64,000 nt of DNA from the human T2T-CHM13v2.0 reference genome, Homo sapiens, in the NCBI RefSeq assembly GCF_009914755.1, contig NC_060938.1; one strand, 5' to 3'. Shown piece after piece: positions 26,646 to 41,909 of this stretch. Positions within the stretch are counted from its first letter, which is position 1, and every line of letters starts with the position of its first letter. Position numbers and translations under genes: made by a program. The notes below the pieces were generated by a model. The model was given only the letters and a program-made list of their open reading frames with translations. It was not told the DNA's origin and did no database searches.

Positions 26646-28457
26646 CTATCCTGAGCACAGGCTGACCCAGATGGGGGCCCAGAGAGGGAGAGTCTGAACT
26701 TCTTCAATTTCTTCTTTCAAGTCTACCAATTAGTTAAGTCATTTTTCCTCCACAAAGGACAAGAGATGAAAGGAAGAAAAAAGTTGGAAGGGTTTTTCCC
26801 AGATTTTTTTCTCCTGGATACATAGTGGACATTTCTTCCTCTCTAAGGAAACATGAGGAATGGGTACTCTATGTTCCCCACCCCACAAACATCGTTGTCA
26901 ACCAGATCCATTTAATTCTGGGAAACAGAATGACTGGATCTGGATCTCCCCTGTCCCTCCCAGGGATGATGTCTAGGTTAGCCAGGATGGTTAGTTAACA
27001 GGAGAAGTGGGACAGGAGCAGGAAAGGGATGCTAAGCTGGGAGAATGGGACTATGTTTCCTCTGGGTACCACCTGCATGTGAGCAGCCGCTGAGTCTTCA
27101 GAGCAACATTCCTGGGCGATGTTGCAGCCCGTGGCCTGGAGCCGGGTCTCAGGCTGTGTGGGTGTAGACTCATCACAGCTATGGTCACAGTTGGAAGTGA
27201 CCTGAGGCCATCTGGTCCAGTGGCCTGTACACTGCCATTGCTGTGAACCTCCCCCCACAGTCTCTGCCTTTCTCCTGTCCATGATGCCAGCCACCTCCTG
27301 ACCACCCAGCAGCCCCCCGGGGATAGGCGGGTACCAGGCACTGGGTGCCCCCGAAGAGGTGCAGGTGGGAGAGTAGGTAGGATGGAGGCTGGGATTCAAC
27401 TGGACTAAGGCAGAATTATGCCTGTGTACTCAGAAGCCACTGGAAAGCAAAGAGGAACGCTAATTTGTTCTTCCAGAATCAAACAGCATCACAAGTTATA
27501 AACAGAGGGGAAATTGTTACTTCATAAATACATGGTATTTCTCGATTAACTTTTTTGATTAACTCTGTGATTACATTATAATTGTGGGCCACCTAAGTAC
27601 ACAGTAATTATCACAAAAATCGCAGGGTGATTATGGGTTTATTTCAGTCCAGTAAAGTAAAGCGTTCCCGAGAGAGCCGAGACCTAGGAGTTACACGGCA
27701 ATTAATCTGAGTTGCTTTTTACTTGAAATAAAATGAAGTAATACATGCTTTTTTAAGAAAAAAAAAAAAAAGAAAGAAAAAGAAAAAACCTCTTATCTAT
27801 GCTGCAGATCAGAACAATAAGAATCTGTCTTTGTCACCTGCAATTTCCCTCTTGCAATTTGTGCCTCCCCCAGCTGAGGCCAGTGATATTTGCCTCCTGG
27901 ATCTTGTCTCATTCTAGGGCCATTATTCTGCCTTTAGAAAGCCAGATGGTGTAAGTGACTTATAAAACACATAATTGCAGCATTTTAAAGACATTTATTT
28001 CTACTGATTCTAAATCTAAAGCAAACTTTCAAATTTGAACATGGAACACTGGCAAGATGGTGGTTACATTCCATCTTATAATTTGTATATGCAGTATCCT
28101 TTTTGATAAGGGGGCATATCAATGGATAATTCAGTTTTTAATAATCCAAATCTTAATACTTCAGATGAACAGCTGCATTCTTATTCTTCCCTTAGGCCAC
28201 CATGTTCATTACACATGTATGGCAATCTGTAATCTAGCCTAAAACAAGTTCTCTTACCATGTGTGGAATTCCTGAGGTTTTCGGGGGGGGAATTATACAC
28301 CCCTATTTCACAGCTCTGCAGAGAGCAGGCACCATGCAGGTACCAATGGCCTTGTGTTCACTTAGCCCCTAGAAACAGGAGCAAACGCTGGAGCAAGTGT
28401 CAGAAGGGAAAACAGAATACAGAGCTTCTTATTTCCTTCCTCTCTTTACTCTTTCAG

Positions 28458-28539
28458 GATTGACCGGAAAAAAGACAAGACAGAAAGGAAAATTTTGGAT
28501 AGTCAAGAACGAGCCTTTTGGGATGTCCACAGGCCTGTG
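28458..28539 (+). CDS. RGS6: RGS6 exon 9, DHEX, 82 nt
   Basis: ctttcag|GATTGAC...CCTGTG|gtgaga; (K)[27 protein letters not shown]. Confidence 0.97.
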
Positions 28540-28747
28540 GTGAGAAAGCGCTACTCAATTCTCTAGATTTTTTTTTCTTAATTGTTCATTTTTATCTCTA
28601 TAAAGAAAAGACCGTCTTTAGCCACCAGGTGTCTCATTCTTAAGAAAATCGCTCAGCTTTGTGGAACTGGTTTCGCCATTCATTTATATAATCTCAGTAA
28701 ATTTTCTGGAATATATGTAAGTTCCACCTTTTAAAAATTATTCATTC

Positions 28748-29163
<416 letters not shown>

Positions 29164-29198
29164 TCAACTCTGAATCTTCAACTATTCTCTGTCGAATA

Positions 29199-29755
29199 CG
29201 GTTAATTCTTGTTATCCATGGCAGTTATGTTCTATAAAGTCTTTGCAAACACTGAATTAGCGCACATTGAAGCATCACTCCCGTGGGAACTACCAAGCTA
29301 GGTCCCCGTGAGCCTGTGGCCACAACATTTTTATCAGCTGATCGATACATAACCTTTTAAATGTGTTTCTGTATAAAGACACCTTATGTAATATATATCA
29401 TTGATTCATTAACATTAAACTCATGGCCAACAGCACTGTTGCTCATGCCTGCATGTTTATTTCCTCCTAAGGCACATCAGAGAATGGTGAACAGCACTTC
29501 AGCACTGTCCTTGGGGCCATTTTAAACAGCAAAATCACCAACAAAAAGTACAGAAATGCAGAAAAGTTGGCACTAAATTAGCCCTAAATAGAAGGGTCTG
29601 AAACAAAAAGGCAGGACGTCACCTTGTTCAATTTCAGTGGGAAACACACATATCAGGCTACTCAAGGTACAACTACTGAGTAAGGAGTTATAAATGAAAT
29701 TTAGCAAGCAGGCAAATTCACAAATGCAAAATTTGTAAATAATGAGGTTTGACTG
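29199..29755 (-). mobile_element. MER82 (TcMar-Tigger) DNA transposon
   Basis: GCAGTTATGTTCTATAAAGTC...CAGCACTTCAGCAC...GGGGCCATTTTAAACAGC...AATAATGAGG; TA flanks. Confidence 0.82.
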
Positions 29756-30211
29756 TATTTCTGATTTCACGTTATTAAAACAAATCTTGCATTTTCCTCA
29801 TGAAATGGAACTAAAAAATAAATTATTGGTCTTCTTAAAATTTGATTAAAAGCAAAAAATAAATAAATAACTACTCATCCTGATATCGTGGAGTCTTTTT
29901 CAAACGGTTAAGTATGTAAAAAAAAATTTTAAGGACTGTGTCTGAGGCAATCTTGCCACTTAAATAGCTAATTTGCTCTTAGAAACTGTACACTATACCC
30001 TCTACATATCATCCTTAGATTATGAGGTAAGCTTTTCTAGATCGTATGGGAACTCCACAGAGGAATGCATATTATGGCAAAATGAAAAAAAAAAATCATG
30101 CATTGTCTGTAATGGAAAAAGATAAAGATTGGTCCTGATGGTGTGACATGGGCTAAATTGGAAGTGTAATTTTCACGTAGTAATTTATATGATGTGTTTT
30201 TTTTTTCTCAG

Positions 30212-30286
30212 CCAGGCTGTGTGAACACAACAGAAATGGATATCCGAAAATGTCGACGTTTGAAGAATCCACAAAAGGTTAAAAAG
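30212..30286 (+). CDS. RGS6: RGS6 exon 10, 75 nt, phase 0-0
   Basis: T-tract ctcag|CCAGGC...AAAAAG|gttcgc; [25 protein letters not shown]. Confidence 0.94.
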
Positions 30287-31034
30287 GTTCGCTAGTTTAG
30301 CTGAGTTAAAAATTCCTGATGTGAATAGCCCTTCCAGTTCTAGTACTATTCAAATAGTAATTTGCTACTTGTAATTCTACCACCTTTTGTCATTTGAAAC
30401 CATAACCATTTCACAAATATTGATTGAGCAGCTGATGCATGCTTGGCGCTGTGCTCGTGCTAGGATACAGTGGCAGGTCCTCATGGAGCCCACAGCCTGG
30501 CAGGAGTAAAACAAGCCAACAGGCAACAGGGCCATGAATGCTGTGTTAGGAGAGGTACAGGACAGTTGAGGAGCCCAGGAGGGGCAGCTAAGCCAGACCT
30601 GGAGTGGGTGGGGGTGGGGGGCTTCCCAAGGGCTTCCTGAAAGAGGGTCAGGTGTTCTGAAGGGTAAGTTGCAGTTGTCCTGGGGAGGTGGCAGGGAGGG
30701 GAGGAAACAAAAGGAGCAAGAAGTGGCAAAGCTCACAGGTGAAAGCAAGCTTTATACTTAGAAGCAAATAAAAGTCTTTTTTATGGTTTTTTCTTTTTTT
30801 TTTTTTTTGGATAGAGCTGGATCACCCAAACTCAAACCACCATCTTGTCCAACTGTGAATGACCCAGTGGTCACTTGTGTTTCACTTTACTCAAAGGAGT
30901 AGTGGTCACAGCATACCCGAGGGTGCCATGCTCAGACTCCCCCACGATTCATATGTCCCACCCTCTCCACAGCACCAGGGACAATATTGCAGGACAGCAT
31001 GACCAGACTCCGTAATATTAATTTCCAAAGAGTG

Positions 31035-31377
<343 letters not shown>

Positions 31378-31411
31378 TTAGCTCTCTCTCATGTATGCAT
31401 TAAAAAAAAAT

Positions 31412-31431
31412 ACACGCACACACACACACAC

Positions 31432-31467
<36 letters not shown>
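31412..31467. repeat. (CA)n microsatellite with two CG interruptions
   Basis: Seen directly. Confidence 0.96.
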
Positions 31468-31470
<3 letters not shown>

Positions 31471-31919
31471 ACATGGCGTATGTATATAAACTTCTTTAAT
31501 CTACTTACATATTTTGTTTGTCACTGACTTAACAATATCCACTGTATTATATTTTAAAATGTTAGTCCTAAAATGTCCTCATTTCATCTTCAAGAGCCCC
31601 ATAATTCTAACATTACAGAATTTCATGGAGTCACATCCACCTTATCTGAGCCCTTCTGCATTTTGATGATTTTGACTACACATTGCATGCCCTTCAGTGT
31701 TTCATTTCTTTCCCATTGCAAAGATTGTGTTTAGTCTTTCCGTAATACGAGGAACAGCTTTAAATGTAGCTGTAGCTACGGACATGTGGAAAAACTTAGG
31801 CCAGAAAACTGTTTAACTTGAAAGGGAAACCCTGAAATGCTGCCATCCCAGTTTTGTACCAGATGGGAATCTGCTGACCAACGGAAATGTAGAGGGGATC
31901 TTTTGTGCATACTCTTTGG

Positions 31920-32112
31920 CAGTGGCTCTTGAACTTTCTTTATTCAGAATCATTTGGGGCATTTGATAAAAGTGCAGATTTCCAAACCCACCCACAAAGA
32001 TTCTGATGCAGTAAGTCCAGGGGGCGAGGGGATACTCAGCAACGTGTCTTTTCCAAGCACACCCAGGTGATTCTTTGCAGGTGGTCTATGGACCATATTT
32101 GGAGAAACACTG
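31920..32112. mobile_element. MER5-like hAT fragment; similar copies near 35637-35810, 46488-46650 and 54050-54430
   Basis: GAATCA..TGGGG...AAAAGTGCAGATT...CCCAGGTGATTCT...GAGAAACACTG. Confidence 0.7.
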
Positions 32113-32355
32113 AGATACAAGGAGGCTATTTTCAGCCCAATAAAAGATAGGATTTGGGTTATAGTGGTACCCCAAAGATGAGATGACATGCCTTAAGAGG
32201 CAGCATTCTCATCATTGAAGAAATAAAAGCAGAGACCAATCTCTTATTGTCATGAGGGGATTCACGAAATTGGATGAGTCATTGGACTAGCTGACCCCTA
32301 AGCCACCCTCCAATTCTGTGGGTGGATGATCCTCTGTGCTTGCTTCTTCTCCTAG

Positions 32356-32454
32356 TCCGTGTATGGCGTGACTGAAGAGTCCCAGGCACAGAGCCCGGTG
32401 CATGTACTCAGCCAACCAATCAGGAAAACAACAAAAGAGGACATCCGGAAACAG
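32356..32454 (+). CDS. RGS6: RGS6 exon 11, linker, 99 nt, phase 0-0
   Basis: ctcctag|TCCGTG...AAACAG|gtgaat; [33 protein letters not shown]. Confidence 0.96.
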
Positions 32455-33119
32455 GTGAATGAATTGACAGCTTGCACTCTCAGGAGGAGACGTGGCCAGT
32501 TTAAAAACCCTTTCAAATGTTCAACTCTGAAGATTGAGCAAGCTTTGAGTTCCTGGAAACCACAGTGGAACCCAGCTGTGGGTGATTGAACCTTTTAAGT
32601 GCTGTGTGTGAACAAGCCACGGAAGCTTGAGAGAAAGAATTCTCTACCCAGTTCCTCCAGCAGTTACTAGAAAAGGGCGTAAATGAGTCATCCCATGCCT
32701 TGGGGTAACTGCTGTAATGGGGTTTCCCACAGTCCGCTGTGGGAGCTGGAGGAAGGAGGGGGCTCATGTCACACAGTCCTTATAATTGGAATGCACCAGC
32801 TCAGGATGGTCTACTTTATTGCTGTGATTTGAAAGGAAAGTTTAAGAATAAATAAAGCTCTACTCCCAATGCCATTTCAGCATTACTTGGTTGAATGTTA
32901 TTTTCTTTCATGATGAGCAGCCCAGGTCAACAGACAATGGCTAATTATATTACTTCCTTCTGATATTTACTGGTAACAAAGCAACCTACTGTTTATATTA
33001 TGCCTTGCTGGTTCCTAGAGGGCAAAACCCAAAGGAGTAAACTTTGAGGTGCTTGCCCTTGACAAGTTTATTATCTGATGGGTAAGAGGTAATGGATATA
33101 TGAAAAAAAAAAGCTATTT

Positions 33120-33544
<425 letters not shown>

Positions 33545-33881
33545 TCAAAACAGGTATTTATGGGGCACATTTCACCTGTCCATGCTGTTGCTAAGCTACG
33601 TAGAAAATACATTGCCTTTAAATTTTGGAAAGCAAGACTTAAATCACACCACAGTATAGGAGGAGATGAGACAAAGGCTAAATTGCAGAATATGAATCTT
33701 GTATGATAGGGATGTCCAGAGGCACAAGTAATTTGCTGGAGGGCAGAGCTGAGGGAGTTGGAGATGTCTGGCCAGAGGAGGTATTTGGATCTTGGTGGAA
33801 ATGCAGGATTTGGGTTTGTGGAGCGAGGGGAAAAAAATAATTTTAGTTTGGTCTTAACATCTGTGTTCTCTATTTTCCCAG

Positions 33882-33943
33882 ATAACATTTTTGAACGCAC
33901 AGATCGACAGACATTGTTTGAAAATGTCCAAAGTGGCTGAAAG
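33882..33943 (+). CDS. RGS6: RGS6 exon 12, N-terminal part of GGL domain, 62 nt
   Basis: ttttcccag|ATAACA...GAAAG|gtatgt; [20 protein letters not shown](S). Confidence 0.97.
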
Positions 33944-34949
33944 GTATGTTTTCCTTTAATAATATTACTACTTTCTTCTAATTTAACAGGGAAGAAATGT
34001 TACAGGGTTATGGTTAACGAATGTGTTCAATGCCAAGAGTTAGACTGTAGTTATTCCTTAGACTGGGGTGCAGAAAAACCCACAGGCTCCATGTGAGTAT
34101 AACTAAGATAACAGACCTCCCTTGAGTGATGTCAAGAAATGTTCCGTTGCTAAGGCTTTACAGGGGGTGGCCACGGGACCTTGTCAATCAAGGAAGAATG
34201 TCCTTTAAAGCTACATAATGCACCTTTGCCTTCAGCCTCTGGATTAATTCAAATGGAAATTGCTCCCCTTTCAGCTATAAAATGCCCAGATTCACTTTAT
34301 AGGGGAAAAGAAATTATGTGTGTCCTTTGAGGTGCTGGCTGCATAGACAGGAGGGGACTGGATCATCGGGAAGTGTTCCGCCTCCACACGCCATCAACCA
34401 CTGAACTGCATCGAATCAGCTGTAAAGAAAATATTTGGCCCCTCCAGCCTGGCTTCCACAGCGGTGTGTGTGCTTCATTCTGCACCAGTAGCTAGTTCCA
34501 CTCCGTTAACTCATGGGAGACTCAATTTTATCAACTAAATGGTCTGTTTTTTTAACTCTTCCGTGAAGATGGGAGACCACATGGGGAATCTATATGGAAT
34601 AAATCTAACCAGGCAGCTCAGTAGTGAACATTTATTCATCCATATGCTACCGTTAAAGCAATGACCAATTGCTTAAGGAATCAAGAGCTTAAGTTGGGTC
34701 TTGGTATTTATTGGATGTCAGATAAACTGAGTCTTTTAAGCCCAGCTCCTACAGGGGGCTGGCTGTGAGAGCCATCTATAAGCCTGTAAGCCTTTCTCTG
34801 CTGGCTCCTGGGTTGATTCACATCTTTTTTCTAGATAAATTACAACAAATGGAAGGTATAAAAACTCCAACCCCAAACAAAGAGTCTGATTGAATACCCT
34901 ACCTTCAGGGGCTAAGGACATCCCTGGACTTGGGCTCACGTCTTTATTC

Positions 34950-35171
34950 CAGGGTTTCTCGATTGTGGCACTAGTGACATTCTGAGCCAGATAATTCCTT
35001 GTTGTGTTCTTAATGTCCTATGAATTATAGGATAGTTAGCAGCATTCCTGACCTCTCCCCATTAGAGGCCAGTAGTCCCCCACCACCACAGCTGTGAGAA
35101 CCAAAAATGTCTCCAGACATTGCCAAATGTCCCCTGGGTGGGGTGAAAGTCACTCCCATTGAGAATGACTG
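34950..35171 (+). mobile_element. MER20 (hAT-Charlie)
   Basis: CAGGGTTTCTC...CCAGATAATTC...CCAAAAATGTCTCCAGACATTGCCAAATGTCCCCTGGG...GAGAATGACTG. Confidence 0.88.
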
Positions 35172-37396
35172 ACACTCCTGCTTTTTCTATGCAAATGTGC
35201 TGGAAAGTTGCCCTGGCTGGAGCTCAGCTTACACTGAGGTACTGATCACTCTGGAGTCGCTGTTTCAGCTAGCTGTGTAGGCTGCAGAATCACCTCATAC
35301 CTCCTCTCTCATCATGTGTGGCTTCTGGCCAGAGTACCAGGCTCTGAAAATGCTTTTTAGGTCTCACTGTGGTTCCTTTGCCCCAGAAAGGTGGCTGTGA
35401 GTGAAACAGCAGCATGGCCTCAACTCTCTTGGTGTCATCCATGGCCTGTGAGGAACCACGAGCTTCTTTCTCTGTGAACTAGGGACAGAAATGGCTGTCC
35501 TAGTATACTTTGAGGGTCGGTGTGCTAGCAATGCTCATGTCTGGCCTTGGAAGGTGGAAGAGCTCTTTAGGGTTTGCAATTTAGAAAGAGCGTATATATG
35601 GGAGCATCTGTTTCTTTGGATCTATTTGCTCAGGTCCAGTGGTTCTAAGTACCGTAATCCAGGTGAGGGAGGGGGTTAAAAAATGGAAATTCCCAAGCCT
35701 CAGCCCTAGGGATTCAGATTCAGTGGTTCCAGGGTTGAGCCAAGAAATCCACATTCTGGATAATCTTCAAGTGGACTGATCTGGTCTTTCAGGATCCGGT
35801 GAAGCCATTGCCTGCTACTCAGGCTGACCTGAGAGCTCACATCCAATTTGTTATATCTTTGGGATGCAGAGAAAGAGCCTGAACCTGTCAGCATGAGGGA
35901 GGCAGACTCCAGGGCAGGTGTGCAGAGAGTCCAAGGAATGGAGGAAACCAAGGTGGAGGCGGGGAGCCCGGCCCATCCTATTGTTTGTTTGTTTCCTTGC
36001 TGTCAGGGAGGGGCCCCACCTGGTACCACCTAATTATGCTTGAGAGGCTGCTCATATTGAAGGATTATTCCAACTGGCTACTCCTCGGTGCCCAGCTAGA
36101 AGCTTTCATGAGTCTCTGCCCGGCAGAGGCTGGATTTTATTCCCAGCAGCAATAACTGGCAACTTTTCAATGCGACACGAGGGTTTTTCATTAGAGCCAC
36201 AAGGAAACCCCCAGATAAGGAGGAGGAGGGAAAGGAGACGCGTGTTAGCTGGAGATAAAGCAGCTGGGAGCCGGGCCTGTCAGTGGCTCTGTGAAGATGG
36301 GGCCAGGGAGGAGGTGCTGGCAGCTGGTGAGAAGCTGCCAGAGATGCAGGCTGAGCTCTCTCAGGTGGGCACGCACATCCACATCCACATCCCCATCCTG
36401 ATCTGGCTTCCCTGGGCCTGCTCCAGGTGATAAGTGGCAATTCCATATCCCCCAGGAAACCGCATCCCCCAGGAAAGGTCTTCATCATTTTTCACCCAGT
36501 TCTGTGAGAACTAATAGTGAGGAGAGGCAGGAGGGCTGGGGACAGCGAGGCTGGGCTCTGGGATGTCTACAGTCAGGGTTGGACTAAAGGGTGCATCCAG
36601 ACCAGCAGGGAGGGAAAAAGGGAACTTTGCAAACTAAAGGGGCAGAACAGACAGTTTAGGGGATGGGTCTGAAACCGACCATCGAGGTTTGAAACCTACC
36701 CCTGCCATTTCCTGTTTTCTAACTGATGAAGCCAGTGGCTTCTTCTCTCGGTGCCTGTTTTTACCTCTTTAGAGGGGAGATAGTAGTTGTATTTAAATTA
36801 TAGGATTAATGAGTTCATGCATGGCAAAAGTATGGTCCAGTCCTTGGGACTCAGTCTGCACACTGGGAATGTGAATAATAATTATTTTCCAGCATGACAC
36901 TTAACTTGTGCTTTGGAAGAGAGCAGAATTCAAGGCCATGAGACAGAATGAACTGGATATATGGTGCTTAAAGGAGCAAACAAAGGGCAGGCCAAGGAGG
37001 GAGGCTGCTAATGCAATTCTTTCCTGCACCCTCTGTCTCCCCCCAGTCTCCCACACAGAGATCTCTGCAGGCTGCCCAAGGCTGACCTTGCACTGCATGT
37101 CTCCTTCCACTGCCTCACACGCCATCACTAATCTGGGGCTTTGCGGGAGAAAAGACTTGCTCTTCTGCACAGAATTTCTCAGATCATCCCAGTTCCAAAT
37201 ATTCTGTCCATTGTCTTCCTGAGTGCTTAAGTGTCCCCAAAATGCCAGCATCGTGGCAACCAAACTGCATTTCCTAGGCTGCCTTTTGCACCTGGAAGCA
37301 ACACAAAAGGCTTTCTGAGCTGTTACCCAATTTTTGTTGCAGAATGTATTGTCTCTGCACACACACACATGAGTGTCTCAGATAAATGACACTTAA

Positions 37397-37723
<327 letters not shown>

Positions 37724-38032
37724 TATTTTAACTATTTTTTAATGGCAGTGTTTCTTAAATATGGTTCATCCACTTTACTTCCTAATAAAAGGACACTACA
37801 TTTCAGTTAATTTTGCTAGATGACTCAAGAGTCAGTAGTCTTCTATTATGCTTTAAAACTGTCAGTGGTCAGGATCTTATAAGGTGCCCTGCTTCCCCTT
37901 CCCTAAATGGCCCCAGATAATAATATTCTTTGAATTCCTGTTTCTGCCTTTTAGTTGTCTGTCTGTCTGCTTTCTCTACTAACCCTTCCCCCCAACACCC
38001 AACCCCTGCTTTCCAATCTGTAGCATACCATG

Positions 38033-38483
38033 TGTATCAGTTAGCTGTCACTGAGTAACAAAACACCCCAAAACTCAGTGGCTTAAAAAATAGGCTTTTA
38101 CTATTGCTCACATGTCTATGTGCCACCTGGCTCCACTGGTCTCAGCCATGTTTCTCTATGTGGCTATGGGTTGGCGAGGCAGCTCTGCTGATCTTGGCTG
38201 GGCTCTCTCACATGTTTGGCTTCTGCTGGTTTAGGATGGCCTCAGCTGGGACAGTTGAGCACTCCTTAATATGGTCTCTCACCCTCCAGCAGACTAGTTT
38301 GACCTTTTCCACATGGGGATAGTGGGATTCCAAGAGAGAGAACAGAAGCATGCAAAACTCTTGCAGATTAGAACTGGCATTCTGTCGCTTCTGTTACCTT
38401 TTATTGGCTAAAACAAGTCACTAAGCTGGACTAGATTCAAGGGCAGAAGAAATAGACTCCTTTTTTGAAACTGAACTACCACA
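38033..38483 (-). mobile_element. MLT1H-like solo LTR
   Basis: TGTATCAGTTAGCT...CCCCAAAACTCAGTGGCTTAAAA...AAATAGACTCC...CTACCACA; TSD CCATG/CCAGG. Confidence 0.78.
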
Positions 38484-41400
38484 CCAGGAAATCAAATAAC
38501 CAAATTGATTAGCTTTGATCCTAAAGCAAGTGTGAAAAGTCTTTTTTGTGAGGTGTGTTGTTCCCGATAACAATGAACCTTGAGGCATGGTGTTTATTTC
38601 ATCTGTAGACTATGCAGAGGCTCTTATGCTCACTTATCTCATTTGTGTTCTCTGGATACTTGAAGTTGCCAGATAAACAAGGTCCTACTCTTCTCTGCAA
38701 GCGTCCCCAAGGGAGTCCCTTTTTTTATTCATCTAAGCCTTATAGCACTTGACAAACCAACTTTGAGAAGCAACACTCCATGCATTTTAGTCCCAAACTG
38801 TCTAGTCTCCATGTTTGGCTGCGATTCCCCAGAGACTTCTCCCGACCCATAGCGAGCTTACACCACAATCACTGCAGCTATCCCAGTGCACTGCTGCACA
38901 CAGAGGGATCAAAATGTTTCATTCCGTACCTGCATCTGTACTTGGCTCATCCTCACCCTATTACTGGGAGCCATTCGTGTGTCACAGCTGACTGCTGAAT
39001 TGATTTTTTTTAGCATCATCTCACTTGCCTGTATCTGAGATTGCCGCTGCTCCCTGAAATTGGATGCTGGTTCTTCCTCCACCTCCTGACCCTCAGTGAT
39101 CATGAAATGTAATTAATGAAATGAGATAAGACAGCAAGGGACTGGATACCCCTAAGGGTCTATTAAAAACCTGCTAGGGTGATAGAGGTTTGGGAACTTA
39201 ATGTCTAATTATAGTTTCAGGGGAGGAAAAAAGAGGGTCACAGAAGTCATTACAACTTTGCTTTTATGGGATTTCAGAAACCATGGGGTCTTTGCTCCTC
39301 CTTTCTCCTAGCCTGTTCTAGGTGACAGAAAAAAAAAAAGACCGGAGGTATCATTACAGCCAGGGTGACTGTATCTAGACCAAGATATGGAATCTGTAGC
39401 ATGTGGAAAAGAAGGGGCCTCCATACCTGGCCTGGTGTAAGCTCTTCTTCCTGCAGGGCTGAATTCACCTTCATGCTCCTTCACTCATCCCAAGTTTCTC
39501 TATTGAATGTGTTTTCTCTGGGTGACTTGCAATTAAGGAGTTCTCTTTTTATATTTTCTCTACTTCCCACCTTCTCCAAGTGAAAAAAAAAAAGCTAGAT
39601 TAATTAATTAATTGCTAGGAATCAAACTTTCTTCTTTCCTCTCCGCAGTGCTGCTCTGCTTCTCATTTTCCTTTCTAATCAGATCCTTCCTGTCCTGGTT
39701 CTCTGTTGTGCATCACAGTTCAGAAACTGCATGTAGCAGAGCGAGGCGTGCCAGCATGCTCTCCTCTTCACCCCCTTTAATATTCCAATTCCAGGTCTTC
39801 TCATGTAGAGGCTCTGATTTCATAATGAATGCTTTAGTGCATTTGTACTGTATTTCTAAAGTAGGACTAATGGTCGTATCCCATAATGCTTTAGATTCCA
39901 GGCCTCGTTTTTGTTGGATTTTGTTTGTTTGTTTGTTTGTTTTCCTGGATAGTAGTTTCCCATAGCTGCAGGCCATACTTCACTGTCCCTTTTTCCTGGA
40001 GCCTAGCCATGTCAGTATCTCTTCATCTTCTCCCCACCTGCTCCATATATGTGTCCTTAGCTCTAGGGATTCCTCCTAGGCATTGCTTAACTCAGGATGG
40101 ACAGCATTTCTTCTTCCTCCAACTTGTCATAGTTTTGTGTGGTTTTTTTTTGGTGGGGGGCGGTCACATCTATACAATTTGTAGCAAAATTATAAGTCTT
40201 TTGTTAAGAGAGAAAGGATAAAATCTACAACTTTTATTTTTGTCATATTTTCTCAAGTGGTTGGACTGTATGTTTACTAAATTCTCTTTCATTATTTCCT
40301 TCCCCTCCATGTTTATCAAAGGTAGACCCTAATTAGCAATCTAAATTGGGAAGGTTTTGCATTAATAACTGTCCTCCTACCAGGATTGGTTACTATTGTT
40401 AGAAGCTGTGACTTTGCTGTTAGCTCAGCTCTAACAACTCTCTGAGATCCAGAGAGCTGTTTGCTATTTAATGGCATAGTAGGCTCTGAATAATGGCTAC
40501 TAAATGACTGACCACAGAGTGTACCCCTGGTAGCCATCTGGTAGATTTTTTTTTTTTTTTTTTTTGCCATTACTAAAGGTTCATGGGGCAGGAGTATGTG
40601 AACAAATAGCCAGTTCCACATTTCCACTCAAGACCCAGTTCAAAGCCCACGACAATGGTGGGTAGCACATTTGCTAAAGGTTCACAGATCAGCATCTTCT
40701 AGTGATGTGAGAATTTGTCATTTGAAAATAACAAAAGCATATACCAATCAGGAGTCAGGGATAAAGGGACAAGAATGCTAAAATTGCTCATTGAGAAATA
40801 TTGTTCCTAATGGACTTCTGAATTTCCTATATTTATTTTATTTCTTCCATCTCATCCCAATTCTGCTTTTCTGCCACTCACACCCAGCGGTTGGAGGACC
40901 ATTGCTGCTGTGTACTGTTATATGCTGGACATCCTACAAAGCTCTTTACATACCTCTATTTTCTTCTCCCTTTTTGCTTCTCCTCTCCTACCTCTAGTCT
41001 TTCTGTGGTCATTGGTATTGACTTTGGACTGAAATGGTACTGTGCGTTGGCCATTGCTGCCTCCTTCATTGGCCTGCCTGGCCTTCTCATTGTCTTGTGT
41101 GTCCCAAGCAGACTCTGTTCATCTTGTAATCTGTACACTACCAGGAAGCACATGTTCTGAAAGAGACAACCTCTCTGGCTAGTTCTACAAAGGGCTGCCT
41201 TGATGAACTTGCCTTCACACTCCCATCACCTTCATTCCCTTTTCAACTGTATTGGTTTGATTCCAAGCAATAAAACCCCAGCTTGAACCTGGTTCTGCAA
41301 AATAGAAGCATGCCTTGGCTCCCAGAATACAAGAAGGGGCTGTGGAATTGAACCCTGGGAAAGGCAGCAATGCTACTGAGCTCAGGAAAAGCTGGAGCCA

Positions 41401-41538
41401 GGGCCTTCAGTGCCTCCAAGACCCATTCTTCCTCTCTGGTCCTGCCCACTTTCCATGCTGACCTTATTCTCTTTCATGACAGACATGTGTTAGGAAACAT
41501 GACACCACCAGCCCTTGAACTTTGTGACTATACAACTT

Positions 41539-41909
41539 TGATATGGTTTGGCTGTATCCCCACCCAAATCTCATCTTGAATTGTAGTTCCCATAATCCCC
41601 ACACGTGATGGGAGGGACCCAGTGGGAGGTAATTGAATCATGCTGGTGTTTTCCCCCATGCTATGCTCATGATAGTAAGTTCTCATGAGACCTGATGGCT
41701 TTATAAAGGGCTTCCCCCCTTCATTCAGTTCTCATTCTCCTTCCTGTCACCATGTGAAGAAGGACATGTTTGCTTCCCCTTCCCCCATGATTGTAAGTTT
41801 CCTAGGCCTCCCCAGCCATGCTGAACCATGAGTCAATTAAACCTCTTTCCTTTATAAATTAGCCAGTCTTGGGTATTTCCTCATAGCAGCAGGAGAATGG
41901 ACTAATACA
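41539..41909 (+). mobile_element. THE1C/D-like solo LTR, probably nested in an older MLT1J-like LTR (about 41248-42100)
   Basis: TGATATGGTTTGGCTGT...GACTAATACA; TSD AACTT/AGCTT. Confidence 0.9.

Noticed and set aside
30606-30632. Potential G-quadruplex downstream of exon 10 (also G-runs at 7046-7067)
   Set aside because: Needs an 8-nt loop or two-G tiers; the first lies in L2-like sequence; common by chance
38484-41240. Unassigned stretch in intron 12 examined as a possible processed pseudogene or retroviral interior
   Set aside because: No frame gave a recognisable protein motif and no poly-A/TSD pair was found; the adjacent MLT1H has its own TSD and so is solo. tBLASTx or Dfam would settle it
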